This document shows positions 1 to 12,986 of a stretch of 64,000 bases of DNA, in pieces. Position numbers and translations under genes: made by a program. The notes beneath the pieces were generated by a model. That model worked only from the letters and a program-made list of their open reading frames with translations. It was not told the origin of the DNA and ran no database searches. The stretch is taken from positions 558,001 to 622,000 of the forward strand of contig AP026149.1 of assembly GCA_030295235.1 (NCBI GenBank), in the 5' to 3' direction. The first letter of the stretch is position 1; each line of letters starts with the position of its first letter. The stretch comes from Fistulifera solaris. Lineage: Eukaryota.

Positions 1-1059
1 CCTCTCGGTTTCGGGTACGTTCACGATTCTCACGGAGCGCACGCGCACGGGGACATGAGCATGGGCGGGGGCCACGCGAGTCACGGTATGGGCGGCACTA
101 CCACCGGCACTACAACAGGCACTAGCAACACAGGCAACAACACACCAACTATAAGCAATTTCACATCTACCAGACAAAGTGATATGATGGGCATGAATCA
201 CAGTGCGAGTACAGGGATGAATGGGACGGCGGTCGGCTCCCTGGAGCATTACTATTCGCCAACCGGCGAGTGCATGGCGTCGCTTTCCTGTCCAGCGCCT
301 CTTCACAACAGAGGAAATACCTCCCTGGCCTTTCGACAAGGAGCGTTTGGGATCTGGGAAGAGGTTCCTGATCACGGCCTGGGTGAGTATCGTAGCTCTT
401 TCTTTCAACCGCTCGAGGCATGGCTAGGGGAGTGGAGCGTCGAGCTGAATTTCGACGATGCTACGTTCGGGGAAGATATCTTTTATTACTGTCACATTCA
501 CAATATGATGGCTGGTCGAATCAAGCTGTTGAGGCGCGGTGTCCCTGTGAACGATGAAGACACTCCTGCACTTCCGGAGGACTACTATAGCCCAGTTGTC
601 AGTGACTTTGACCAGACTTGCGGTACTCATGGCCTAGCAGACTTCCAGTTACCGCATCCGCAGTGCCCCGATACTTTTGTCTGTAATGCCGAGCAAATCA
701 CCAATCCTTCGCTAGCTAACTTTGTGGACTGCTTGAATGCTATGAATTGTCACATGTTTGCTGGTATGACAACAGGAATGACAGCGTCTTCTGAGATTGC
801 CTTGTTCTTAAATCAAATGATTCCGCATCACCAGAATGCAGTAAACATGGCCAAACTCTTGCTAAGAAGTGGCAAGGTAACCTGCGAAAATCTCAAGAAC
901 GTAACTGACCCCATGTGCCAGCTGGAAATACTTCTGCGGGGAATCATCGGCGAGCAAAACCACCAAATCCAACTAATGCAACAAGAGCTGAAACAATATT
1001 CTCCTTTGGGGGAATGCGTCGTACATGTCACAGAAACAAGTCGCATATCAAGCAGGTAA
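1..1059 (+). CDS. DUF305 (ferritin-like) domain protein with an upstream cupredoxin-like motif; 5' end lies outside the window
   Basis: Frame is open from base 1 (PLGFGYVHDSHGAH...). YYCHIHNMMAGRI is a C-x-x-H-x-x-M copper-site-like motif; MIPHHQNAVNMAK...EQNHQIQLM is the DUF305 signature. Confidence 0.75.
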   Translation, partial: PLGFGYVHDSHGAHAHGDMSMGGGHASHGMGGTTTGTTTGTSNTGNNTPTISNFTSTRQSDMMGMNHSASTGMNGTAVGSLEHYYSPTGECMASLSCPAPLHNRGNTSLAFRQGAFGIWEEVPDHGLGEYRSSFFQPLEAWLGEWSVELNFDDATFGEDIFYYCHIHNMMAGRIKLLRRGVPVNDEDTPALPEDYYSPVVSDFDQTCGTHGLADFQLPHPQCPDTFVCNAEQITNPSLANFVDCLNAMNCHMFAGMTTGMTASSEIALFLNQMIPHHQNAVNMAKLLLRSGKVTCENLKNVTDPMCQLEILLRGIIGEQNHQIQLMQQELKQYSPLGECVVHVTETSRISSR

Positions 1060-1107
1060 AGGGTTTTTATTAGCGCTAACTGATAAGTCATTTTTTTACT
1101 TTCGGCG

Positions 1108-4100
1108 TCATGGACTAGATTTAAGACTTTCGACTGCTTGTTGCGGGGTAATGAAATTACAAATTACAAGCAAGTGCCTGATCTCGTTATCGTCTATTGT
1201 TGAACCGAGCCACTGTCTCCATTCATCTGGTTTGCATTGCTGAAAAGTTTGAAACAAATTAGCAAGTTTGGAATAAATTCTTTTGCATTTTTCTCGACTT
1301 CGCCACTGTAGTTGAATGGGCAAAAGCTTTAAGTAAGGAGCCAAAAAATCTTTTAGACCAAGCCGAAACCCGCACCCGAACAACACGTCCTTTGGGACAG
1401 ATGATATAATGTCCAAGAATGCGGCCCAGACTGATTCCGTGTAGGAGTAACCCCAATGGCGAACAATTACGAAAACATTCGTGTTCATGTAATGGGCCTC
1501 TAGCGGATAATCGAATCCTTCTCCATGAACCATACCTCGGGTCCCATTATCGCGTTCTGTGTTCGACGCATCGTGTTCAAGGAGCAAGGCAAAGTCCTTT
1601 CCTCTTCGAAGCACAATCAAAGGGTGTCTTCGGGCCATGTCGTTTAAAATCTTGATGGAGCGGAACTGTCCGCTGCTAATGGACTCTATAACTTCGTTAA
1701 TTTTGTCATCCAAGCTTGATACCCATTCAGAAAATTGTTCCTGAAACAATTCAGAAGCTTTCATTAAAAGTCGACGAGTTCGCTCAGGGTTGAGATCAAG
1801 CCACAAAGAATGCTTGAGGTATAATCTTAGGAAAAATGAAGAAAATACCGGTTTCAGAATAAGGTCCGTGTCAGCTTTAATCTCAGCAATAACATTTCGA
1901 GTGACTGATTCAAAAGGCGATTTTCCCAAACTAGATACCCACAATCCGAAATCGAAACCGAGTGCGGCGTGACTGTCGTGTATAGATGCAGCGCATTTCA
2001 AACAGAACAAAGCAATGTTGATCATTCCCTCAATCGCTTGAGCGTCGAACGTTCTTTGGTTTGGTGGTGACGTCATCTGAGCGGGTGAACCAAAGGGAAC
2101 TGGGATTGTATTGATAAGGAACCTTACGACGTTGACTATGTGGACAGCTGCATCGTTCGCGACAGCCATTTCTTTACAGATCCAATCCATACACTCCGAT
2201 TGATGTGATGAAGTCCAACTTTCTGTTGCTTTTATTACCAGACTTGACGATACTTTTTCACTAACGCTTAACGAAAACACTGCTTTCCATAACTCTGGTG
2301 TACCCTTTGCTTTGGTAAGAAGTGGAACCCACTTGAGCAACAATGACAGGTTGTTTTCTTTCACTTGCTTTTCTTTATACACGCAGCGTACCAGTTCCGT
2401 TGCACAATCGCACATTTCGCTTTGAGATTTGTCTAGCATCGACGCCAATATGGCATTGACAACATTGACATCACCTTGTTCGACTCCTTTTGAGATGCTG
2501 ACCACCGTTGATTGTACCGCAATCTTTTGAACTTTCTGATCCATTACAATCCATTTATTGGATTCCTTTTTGACTTGAAAAGGAAGAACGACGTCAAGTG
2601 TATCATCTAACTCCGACGTGGCCATTTTCGACGAGAATACCAGTGGGGACCGAACCTTCACGCTGCTATTTTTCTCCTTTCCTTTAGACTTCGCTTCATC
2701 GCCTAGGTAGGTCTGCGATAACCATTTAATGAAAGTTGTTGAGACCTCTGTACTATTGTCGCTCACATCTATGCCGTGCAAGCCCATGTACGATGTTAGT
2801 CGGCCCAGGAGCTTTCTCGATATTTGGCGCTTTGTTCCTATTCGACCAATATCCCAATGACTAGAGGCAGACGGAACCATTAACTCTAGGTACGTTGCTG
2901 TCATGTCAGGAGCTCGTTGTCCCAAACGTCCCAGCCTGTCTATCATAGTCAATAACGAAGCCCTAGGTAGCCCAGAACAGAGAAGCAGCCTTGGTAAAAA
3001 CGAAGCGGGAGCAGAAAGTGCAGCCCGTCGAGCAATCGCGTCGCTCCGGGCTTTGGCTAACATGATCCACAACTCGACAGGAACTGTAATGTTTTTCTTA
3101 AGACTTGTTTTCGTGTCATCAAGCAGCACGTCGACATCCTTTTCGTTATCACCTTCTGAGTGTTGATGAAGTAGTGCATCCGCTAAATAATCGATGTACT
3201 TTGACGAGTCACCTTCAGCTGTTCTAAATTCGTCTTTCCATAAACTCAAAAAGACTGATATCGACTGCACGAGAGACAACGATATTCCTTGTATGTAATC
3301 ACGATCGACCATGGACTGATCGAAGTCTTGCGTAATCTTGGATTCGTCGGAAGTTTGAACGCGCGTCGAAAACTCTTCGAAAATAACTTTGATTATTATT
3401 GATCGGAGGTCAGTGTAAGAGTCTATAGCTTCCGCCAACACACTTGGTCGCTTCGAGATGAGATCGACAACAAGATCTGCAAATCGAAAAGAAACGTCGA
3501 TTACGTTTTTCTCGGAATACTCAATGATCTGTTGAAGCGATACAATGAGAGACCTAAGTACAGAGCCCCTTTCAAAGGAAGCAGCGGTTGCCTAGACATT
3601 TCGATAGTGCCCGTTAGTATTATCAAACAACCAGATTTCGTAACAAATATCTCGTACCATGTATTTGACAGCATCTGGGAGAATATATGATGCATCTTTC
3701 AGCAGCAAAATACTCCGCATCCAAGACCCCGAACTTGTCGAAGCGTCAATGCAAGCAGGTAATGATTCTTGGAGAACTCTCCTAGCACAGCGCCGCCGAT
3801 CAGGATTATGACTTGCGATATCAGAAATGAGAAGTTCAAATGCCTTTACTGTCTCTCCAGTACCAAATTTTCCTTCTAGGGACTGTTGCACATGCCTTAA
3901 TAGCGGAGCAGCCAAGTCCCAAAGCTCCTTCTTTCATCGCCGTCGTTTCCATGCGCTCTCAATAACAAAAAGCAAGACGTGCTGGAGTGTAATCGCGAAA
4001 TGATTTCGGGGAACTTAGAAACTATCGGTATGAGCCAGTCATACGCCCGTTCTACTGCATTGCGGGTGGTATTCCCTATAGTCATTGTAAGAAAATCAGG

Positions 4101-7100
4101 ATCCGTACTCTTCTGGAATTCATCGGAAAGTTCGAAAGCATTGTCGACTGCTATGATCAACTCGGCAACTTCCCTGGGCGGCTTCCTCGCCGGGCCATCA
4201 GGGTCCCAAAGCATAATCGATTTTTGAGCTGACTTCAACATTTTCTTTCGGCGCGTTCGTTCTGAGGCAAAATTGACAAATTTTAGGACAAGTCCTTTAT
4301 TTCGGTGTCAATATCGGTCACGCACCTTCAAGTAATCGCGCAGCGTCCTTGTCTTTTGCTGTTTTAAAAGACGCTTTGATATCCTTGATCCTGTCTTCGT
4401 TGAGTCCTCTTCCATGAAAATGGGCGGAAGGAAAAGTTGTTCCGCAATTGAAGTCTCCTTATCATTGTTGGTATCTCAGGTTAGCTTCAAGCACAGAATC
4501 CAAGAGACGGAATAACTTGAAGGTTGTACCTACCTCCTCTCGAGCTTTTTGTTCAGCCGACTTCATTTTGTCTCGACCAACATCGTCGCAGTCTACAGTT
4601 GGGAAACGGTATTTGGAAGATGTTACCATCTTCATTATGGATTGCAAAGTCGGATGTTCTTTCCACATTACGTCGGCAATTTTTCCTGAAGCACTACAGA
4701 AGACTAACGACACCACCGTCGCTCGCCACCAATTACCAGGAAGAGCCAGCCTAACAAAAAAATGAGACCTCATCGTGTATTATAGGCATAAAGCATTCTC
4801 GCGCTTACCTTGGGAGGTTTACTGGAGGATTGGCTTCTATAGGTGGCTTGTATTGGGCGAGATTATACATCTCCCAGACCAAACTGGGATCGTTCACCCT
4901 AACCTTTCCTTCTCGATCTTTGCTGCATGATCTTAAAAGATTTTCTATAATCTGTAAGGACATTTGAGGCTCCAGACCTTCTTCATCCTCCCTAGATGCT
5001 TCCAGAACGATCCAAATGAGATCATCATTTACGTCCGCTCCATATTTACAGCAAAGCCTCACCGCGTCTATCTCAGCCTCCCACTCCTTAGTGCATTCAT
5101 TCGATGGTGCCGCTTCGCTTGGTAGATTAAACTCTCTCATTGAACCAGACTCAGGCTCTTCGATAAATAATAGGCAACGTAAAGTGTTTAGCCATGACGG
5201 GATCGTTTCTTCCTCGAACTGCCCTAAAGTGCTGCGGAAATTTGGAAGACCAGCTCCGACAAATTCTTTGTCCCCTTTTGCATTGATTCGTTCGCTTAAC
5301 GTAGAAGAATAGTAAGGTCCATAATAGGTGCAGAACCAAGACAGAAGGAGTTTTCGAACAGATAGAAGGGATGCCCTCAAACTAAGTTCTTCTGTTTCCG
5401 ACAAACTAGCTTTCCCTTTACCACGAACAAAAGAAGAAACTGCGAGCGTCACGCACTGGAACATGAGACGAGCTTTGTCCTCTGCGTTTCTAAATGACCA
5501 GCCTTGACTATTGACGTCAAATTCAAAGAAAGACTTCATCAGTTGAACGCCATCAAAAGAAGATGAAATTTCCGCTGCAAACCTGCGCAAGATACGACGC
5601 AACTTTAAAATTAAGCGCACTCTGCCAGACGCTAAGCCTTTGTTTGCATCATTCACATCTTCCAGGTCACGCGCCATCATCATCAAGAAAGATGAAGCAA
5701 TGGCATCGTATGAAACTTGTGCCGGCACAACCGCATGGATTGCACCTACCATCTTAACGGGTCTAGTAGACTCTGTAGAGGCGTGCGTAGGGCTTGAGAG
5801 AACTTCAATTTCATCGTGCAACAGCTTAGAATACATCCTGCGCACGACATTTAAGGTTGGTATTCGCTTCGCAATTTCAGTAATATTTTCGACATGGGTA
5901 TTTAGCTGATTGGCCTTCAGCCGCATCGCCAATATACTATCAATCGCAAGAAGATCATCTGGTAAAGGTGGGTCCTCGTGCTTCATATGATTCACAGTTG
6001 CCGAAAATAGTGTTCGAGCTAGCCCTGCCAGTGCTGGGGATTGCAGCCATTTCGAGAGATTGGATGCGATGAGACTTCTCACTTTTGGTATGGAAACAAA
6101 CATCGGAAGAGCCTGGAGTAGCCCCGAGTTTTGCTTTGATTTAACATCCAATCGTTCGAACAAGGAAGATGCTATCCGGTCTACGGCAACTTCGAAGTTG
6201 ACCCCAAAGTACCTAGGTCGAACACTTTCAAGATCGAGATTCGTTTGATTGACTGGGTAGCTACTTATTTCCCGCCCCCTGGTGGCTTTATTGCTCCCTC
6301 CTTTCGCCGTCAGTTCTATTTCCTCGTCTTCTTCACCGGAAGACGAAGAGTTTCCGCTCTCGCCTCTTTTCCTCTTTCCTTGTTCTTGCGATGAGCCGTA
6401 AGAGGATACGCTTCCCCGGCTAATCGTTGGCGAGCTTACGGATAGTTCTTGGTAAGCCTCCGAAACCATAGCGGCTTGTGCCATCCCTTCCTCGGATGTC
6501 GTCGGTATGACCGATGATCGGTGACAGAGTTCCAAATTCTGGACCAGCAAACGGCAATTCGCATCATCAATCCAGAGACGAGGACCAAATACATCATCCG
6601 CGTAAGCTTTTACGAGTGATGGCGGCCAATGGTCCAAATGAGCAAACGAAGCGTACAAGATAGTTGCCGCCAAAGTGGCGAGGGAGTAGTGAGGCATAAC
6701 CGCATGATCCACCAACTTTCGTCCTACCGGATTGGGAGAATGTGTCGTTTTCATAAATTTGTTGGATGTCACTTCATTGTTGCTAAAAGACAGAGAACGT
6801 TTCCGACCACCACCCGTCGCTGGAATGGATGCTTCGGCTTCGAAAGAGGGCGGAGCGGCCGAGGGCGACAAGCACTGCAGTAAAGCCGTGAATACTTGAG
6901 AATCTCGCACCACAGCATTTATTGCAGGGATTTCAGCTGGTGCGGGGCATTTTGGAATCTTTTTCTCGCTTTCCGCTGCATCTCTAAATTTCAAACAACG
7001 TTGACAACGGATTGAAAGTGGATCAAAAAGCATCGCCGTGAGAGCTCGTTCGATTCCCAAAATCAACCAGCGACTGTTCACCATGTGTTCCTTACCTTGT

Positions 7101-7376
7101 ACGCTGTAAGACTTCCTGATCTACTTTCAAATAGTATATAAGAGCGATGGCTGCCGTATACATGTCGGCAATTTCCTTACCGGAAGATTGCTGGAAGATA
7201 TCTCGCTGGAAAGTTTTGATCGTACGGATCGAACGCTCCAGGTCGGGTGTCTTATCGCCCATGATGCAACAAGTTGTCGTCTTCAGGCCGCAACTGAGTT
7301 GATAATTGATAAATACTTTGCTTTTTGCAATCAAACGGGCAACAACATCATCGTCAAAAATTCTATCATCAGTCAT
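1108..7376 (-). CDS. INTS1: Integrator complex subunit 1 (multi-exon, with apparent frameshift near 3932)
   Basis: ORFs 7092-7376, 4805-7084, 4462-4773, 3897-4241, 3592-3915 and 1108-3441 are joined by GT-AG introns. Motifs HWPPSLVKAYADDVFGPRLWID, KWLQSP, WKEHPTLQSIMKMVTSSKYRFP, WDPDGPARKPP and RRHPLIVLRR match INTS1 blocks as I recall them. Exon boundaries are approximate. Confidence 0.8.
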
Positions 7377-7525
7377 CTAGTCGCGCTGATTCCTCAATAC
7401 CGGTACGATCCTATTTTATTTACAGTACCTATTTTAACTGAAGGATTATTTTTCCCCCCTCGGGGTGTTGACACATGAGTCCAAGAAAAAAAGATGCTGT
7501 AACTATCAATTCAGGTTATAATTAT

Positions 7526-8423
7526 CTAAGTCACTATTCCAAGAATACCGACCATCATCAGCGCTGCAGATATAGAGAGCATTACAATTTTCAACGGCGA
7601 CACTTCCGAAAGAGTCGCAATGTCAGAAGCGGACATGGGCCGGTTAAACCATCCAACTATAGCTATACGCTCTTTTGCGTGTCTAAAACCTCATGAGGAA
7701 TGGCATCGCTTTGAAAAACAACCAACGTGCCCCCTTCTGGATCGACATCTTTATAGAAAGGACTTTCGCCTGGTGGTAGCTCGTCCCCACCCGAGTCAAA
7801 ATGCAATCGAAGTTGCCCAGCATCTTTTACAGAATTCCAATCTTTATTTAAATAAAGCAACATCGAAAATGTTCTCAGAACGGATGCCGATCCAGGAATT
7901 GCATCACGATGACGACGGTAGAACCCTCCTTCAGGATAGTAGGCGTATAAAAGCTCCGTGAGGTCGTCATCCAAAGGGCCAAAAATCCCCAAATCCGTGC
8001 GCAAACGATCCAATCGTTCGTACAACTCCTGTCGGCCGGCATGCGGTGGTAAGCCCTTTTTGTTTTCCCAAGAAAACAGGTCTCCGCTACCCGGATCTTT
8101 GTATTGACCGTGTTGGTCGAGTCTTGACCGATCTTGGCTACTTTGAAACGGTTTTTAGATCGTAACTGCTCAACATCTTGACGAAGCGATTGCTGCAGAG
8201 ACTCTGATATAAAGCCAGGTACTATCAAATATTTGTTCTCCTTTAACTCTCGTAATTGTTCTTGTGAAAGACTTGGAGTCGTCGTCGCGAGCCGTTTAGC
8301 AGTTGATGGACGAACGTGCGCGATGGGGTCCGACAGCCAAGCTTTGCTAATATTTGGGGAAAAACCAAGCAGAAGTAACACGGCCGCAATGTGTTGCCTT
8401 TTATTGTATGAACTGGCTACCAT
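7526..8423 (-). CDS. 2OG-Fe(II) oxygenase, EGLN/prolyl-4-hydroxylase-like (two 1-nt frameshifts)
   Basis: YAYYPEGGFYRRHRDA (HxD), LLYLNKDW, GTLVVFQS..PHEV. Adding one A at 7673-76 gives ERIAIVGWFN and a hydrophobic C-terminus ending at 7526. Second shift near 8057-8066. N-terminal signal-like segment. Confidence 0.8.
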
Positions 8424-9434
8424 GGTAAAAAAATGAAGACACGCATATTGCGAAGGATTTGTCAAGGATTCGTCATGGTTACTACGTAGAATTAGTTTCT
8501 GCGATCGATTGATCGCGATGCGATCTATTCTGCGATCGGCAATCGACACATCCGTCCTCCGTCGGTCAATCACGAGTCACGATCCAGTCACTAATAGGGT
8601 ACATTTCAGCAGATAGTCTAAATACCTGTTCAACTGTTCAAGTTCAATCACATGTGCAGAAACGTCATCAAAGGGGCAAGAATACTTCCTTAACTAACGA
8701 CTGAAACAGGAACGTTAGTTGCAAAACTCATAGCTGCATTCGTTATGCGAAGGCTGAAGTAAGAAAATAATTCCGTTGTCCTCCGAAGTTTACCAAGAAT
8801 AAGGTCTAAAGTGTTAAAGTTCGGGAATGAACTAGGTCACCATTAACTCCCTTCCAGTATCAAAAACCACTAGCTATCCGTCTGATACTTATTGCTTTTT
8901 GATCGTGTTCAACGATGTCATTACTAAGGTGATGTTGTCTTTTCACATCTTGAGCACTTATATAAGCCTTCACCTTGCCCTACGGCGCTAGTCATTACTT
9001 CGAGCCCTAAGTGCCAACTTCACAGAGATCCGATAGAGCCTCGGAGTATTCATCGCGGAAGTTAGGTCAACCGAAAAGGGCTATATCTACACGCCATTGC
9101 GGATCGATGAGCGCTTCTCTTTGTCACCAATTTATCCACCCCCTTTGAGAATAGCCCAACTAATTGATGGAAGCTTTATCGCTCGCAATTCTGTTCATCC
9201 AAATCGACTTCCTCCTACATGTTAGCTTGTCGATCGTATTCCTCGCGTGGCTAGGAGGTTGTTACAGGGAGACGTCACGATTAATCTTTGTGATAGCCGC
9301 AGTATTCTGTTTTCATTTTCGTCTCTCGTTCAGCCAAGAACAGATTGTGTCTCTTCCTTCTGTGGTTATCAACACGTTAGCAGGATCACAGATATCATCC
9401 AACCGATTTGCGCCTGGTGTTATTGTTTAGGCAG

Positions 9435-10471
9435 ATGAAAAACGAAAGTTCAGAGCATCAAGACAATTTACTTCCCAGCTCTCTGGATCCTTTCAATGAA
9501 AGTTGTCCGATGGCCAACGCAGCAGACGTTTTGTGTGGCAGAGGAAGGACTTCATTCAATCACGGTAAGAGTTGTTGGGCGCGTTTTCCGCCTTTATCAG
9601 TCTCGCTCACTCATCTGTTTGTGACGATTTAATTAGTTGGAAACAAACGTTTCCGAGAAAGGATCAATGCCACGATTAAGCATTATATGGAAGCGCCCAA
9701 TCGCTATGAAAAATCTTTGGTTGTTCATGGTGTCGTAGAACAAATCCAAGCCTCGGGTGGTCGCTTCTTGAAACACGACGAAAAGACAGGCAGCTGGTAC
9801 GAGCTCAGTAGTGCTCAAATGAAGGAGAAAGTCGGACACGCTATACGTGATGCTGTCAATGCCCTCGAAGCTCGGGCGGAGAGGAAACGCTTTTCTGAAA
9901 CGAAGGAGGAGCGCGATCCAGTAACAACATCACCTGCCCCCGTGTCATCGATTCGCGACAAGGGATCACCTTTGGGAGCTCAAGGTTTCCAGCTTACCAT
10001 GCCTGACCTCAATCCGATTCACACGAAGCAGCATTTTCATCATCCACCCAATCGTTCACAAAAGACTGTCTTCGAGCCGTCTCAGTCGTTGCTGTATCAT
10101 CAACAAAGTCCTTCGGAACATCAGCGGCCTTACAACTTTCCTCCCGTTCCATTTCCGCAACGATATCACGTCGTGAATCGACAGGAGGAATATCAACATT
10201 CGTCGTGCTTACACGACGGTGGCTACTATGATCAACACCACCCCGCTTTGATCGAGCCCATCCCTTACAACCCTATCGCCAGCGAGTCAAAAAGACGAGC
10301 GATGCTCGTCCGGTTGTTCACTCAGACGCTGGTAGAGCTACTGGTCAGAGCAATGGAGAATTAGACGATCATCGTGCCGCCCAACCAGAGAAAGATTTCT
10401 TCTTGGAGCAAATTAATCAAGTGCTGGGTCCGATTGTTGACGACGGAGACGATTCCTGCGTTTCCGTCTAG
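9435..10471 (+). CDS. DUF6824-domain protein (diatom-expanded putative regulator)
   Basis: Exon 1 DVLCGRGRTSFNH, intron 9565-9636, then VGNKRFR...GGRFLK...W...EKVGHAIRD. As assembled it stops at 10364; adding one A at 10289-93 extends it to FLEQINQVLGP...10471. Confidence 0.8.
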
Positions 10472-11241
10472 CTCTAGATCCTTCAGGATTTCATCTTAAT
10501 AGTGCTCGATATCTTTGACGATGGACCAAAATGAAAAATACTCTGGTTGACAAAGAGAAGAGGTGTTCGACTAGCAAATTATTTGTACAACATTCATAGG
10601 CTCTGCATTGCGATCGTGTTTCTATTGGAATCTTCATCTTGAATTGTGTTTGAGAGATAAAATTAGCAGAACATTCGATGTTTGTTCACAATTCGATGAT
10701 TGCAAAAACGTATTACCAGGGTACCTTGCGTCGCAATGAAAAAATTCTCATGTCGCACGGCGATTCTGGTGCTTAGATGGAGTCCGGATGAATTCAGATT
10801 TTGCATCCTTCGTCGTATTTTTACTTCTTCAACCATTGCCAATTTGCGAAAGCTCCGTGGCAGTCATCCTGATGAGCCAACGTTCGCTACGAGTATGAAC
10901 AAGTAGGAAAAGTAATACTATAAAAGGACAAGTTTCAAAAAAAAACCCAGGTAACAGATGAAAACCTGAAAACCGCAAAAAAGATCGTCCGTATGACTCA
11001 CGACTCATAATTGATGTCAGTCACGACGAACATCATTGCCGCCTACACTTTGGACTATAGAGACCGGATCCCGATCAGATATGATTGCGATACGCGTTCG
11101 ATGAACAACGATGAACGCACTTGAAACGCTCATCGAAGATTTGCGAAGCTTCGATAGAAAGAGAGTCAAACACCACATCATCAGCCACAACATTTCCAAA
11201 TCATCAATTCAATTATTCTTTGTATCAGAGAATTTGAAAAG

Positions 11242-12986
11242 ATGTGCGACGAAGTCATTGATGAAGAGAAGACATGGCGGGAGGATTACTTGACGATCCT
11301 TGTGTTAGGAGCTTCCGGAGAGTGAGTATCTTGCTTGGAACGGACGACTTCACAAGCGAATTCTTTTCTTTTGTCTCGATCATTAAGCACTCACTCAAGT
11401 TCACTCGTGTCGGTTACCTCTTTAGCTTGGCTCAAAAGAAAACTTATCCTAGCTTGATCAACTTGTATGCCTGGAAGCTCTTACCCAAGAATGTGCAAAT
11501 CATCGGCTTAGCCCGTTCCGAAATGACGAACGAAGAACTTCGCAATCGACTCAAACCACACCTAGTAGAGAAGAATGGACATTCAAAGGAAACCATCGAC
11601 GACTTTCTTAACCTTTGTACTTACCAGTCAGCGCCGTCCTATGGCGACAAGGAAACATTTAAATCGATTGCCAAGAACATGGAAGAATTTGAAAAAGAAC
11701 TCCAGCGAACCGGCTTTTCTACTTCGCGATTCCTCCTTCCGTCTTCTCGGAGACTGCCCTTGCTATCAAAGAAACTTGTATGCAAGATAAAGAGAAAGGT
11801 TGGTCTCGTCTCATTGTGGAAAAGCCATTTGGAAAAGATTTGCAAACATTCGAAGAGCTTAACCAGACTTTATCGGAGCACTTTTCAGAGGAGAATTTGT
11901 ATCGAATCGATCACTATCTGGGTAAGGAACTAGTGCAAAATCTATTGATTTTACGATTTTCGAATGTTTGGTTTGAAAGGGTTTGGAATACGGACAGTAT
12001 TCAGTGCGTGATTTTGACATTCAAAGAGTCGATTGGAATTGAAGGACGCGGAGGATACTTCGACGAGTATGGAATCATTCGTGATATCTTTCAGAATCAC
12101 CTTTTGCAAGTTCTGGCACTTCTTGCGATGGAGCCTCCGACCATGGCAGATGGTCCTGATGCAGGAACTTTCATTCGCGATGCAAAGGTGAAGGTTTTGC
12201 GATCAATCAAACCTTTGACGCTGGACGACGTGATTCTTGGACAGTACGATGGGTATGCAGAGAATTCAACGATCACAAACAAAGACTCGAAAACTGCTAC
12301 TTTTGCTGCGCTTCGCTTGTTCATCAATACGCCGCGTTGGTAAGTTATACAAGATCGTTTGTTGGGATCCTTTTTCTGTTCAAGTCTAACACAATCTTCT
12401 GGCTGAATAAAGGCATAACGTCCCTATTATTATGAAGGCCGGGAAGGCGTTGAATGAAGGCAAAGCAGAAATGCGAATTCAGTTCAAGGATGCGCCCGCG
12501 GGGCAGTTTATTTTTCAAGGACAGGCGTGTCCCAGGAACGAGCTTGGTAGGTAAAATCATTGCTCTCATGATGCTCCCTGTCAAATGTTTCTAACTTAAC
12601 AAATTAAATATTTGGTGAGACCAGTCATGCGGATGCAGCCCAAAGAAGCAATTTACATGAAAACGAATGTGAAGAGTCCTGGCTTTACGTCCACGCCTAT
12701 CCAGTCGGAACTTGAGGTCAACTACGATTCTAGGTTTGAGGCCAACTGTAATCCGGACGCTTACACACGATTGATCCTGGATGTAATCCGAGGTCGTCAT
12801 TCGGCATTTGTTCGTGATGATGAGCTTCGCTACGCTTGGGAGATTTTCACTCCTCTTCTTCACGAAATCGAGAGAAGTGGCGTGACTCCGATTGTATACA
12901 AACAAGGATCTCGAGGACCCCCAGAGGCTGACGACTTTATCGAGAAGAAAGCTGGGTACATCCGGAATAAAGATTATAAGTTTTAA
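11242..12986 (+). CDS. G6PD: Glucose-6-phosphate dehydrogenase (no presequence, probably cytosolic); 3 introns and one frameshift near 11695
   Basis: [13 protein letters not shown] across intron 11322-11425, [49 protein letters not shown]. Further introns at about 12340-12412 and 12548-12624. Confidence 0.95.
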
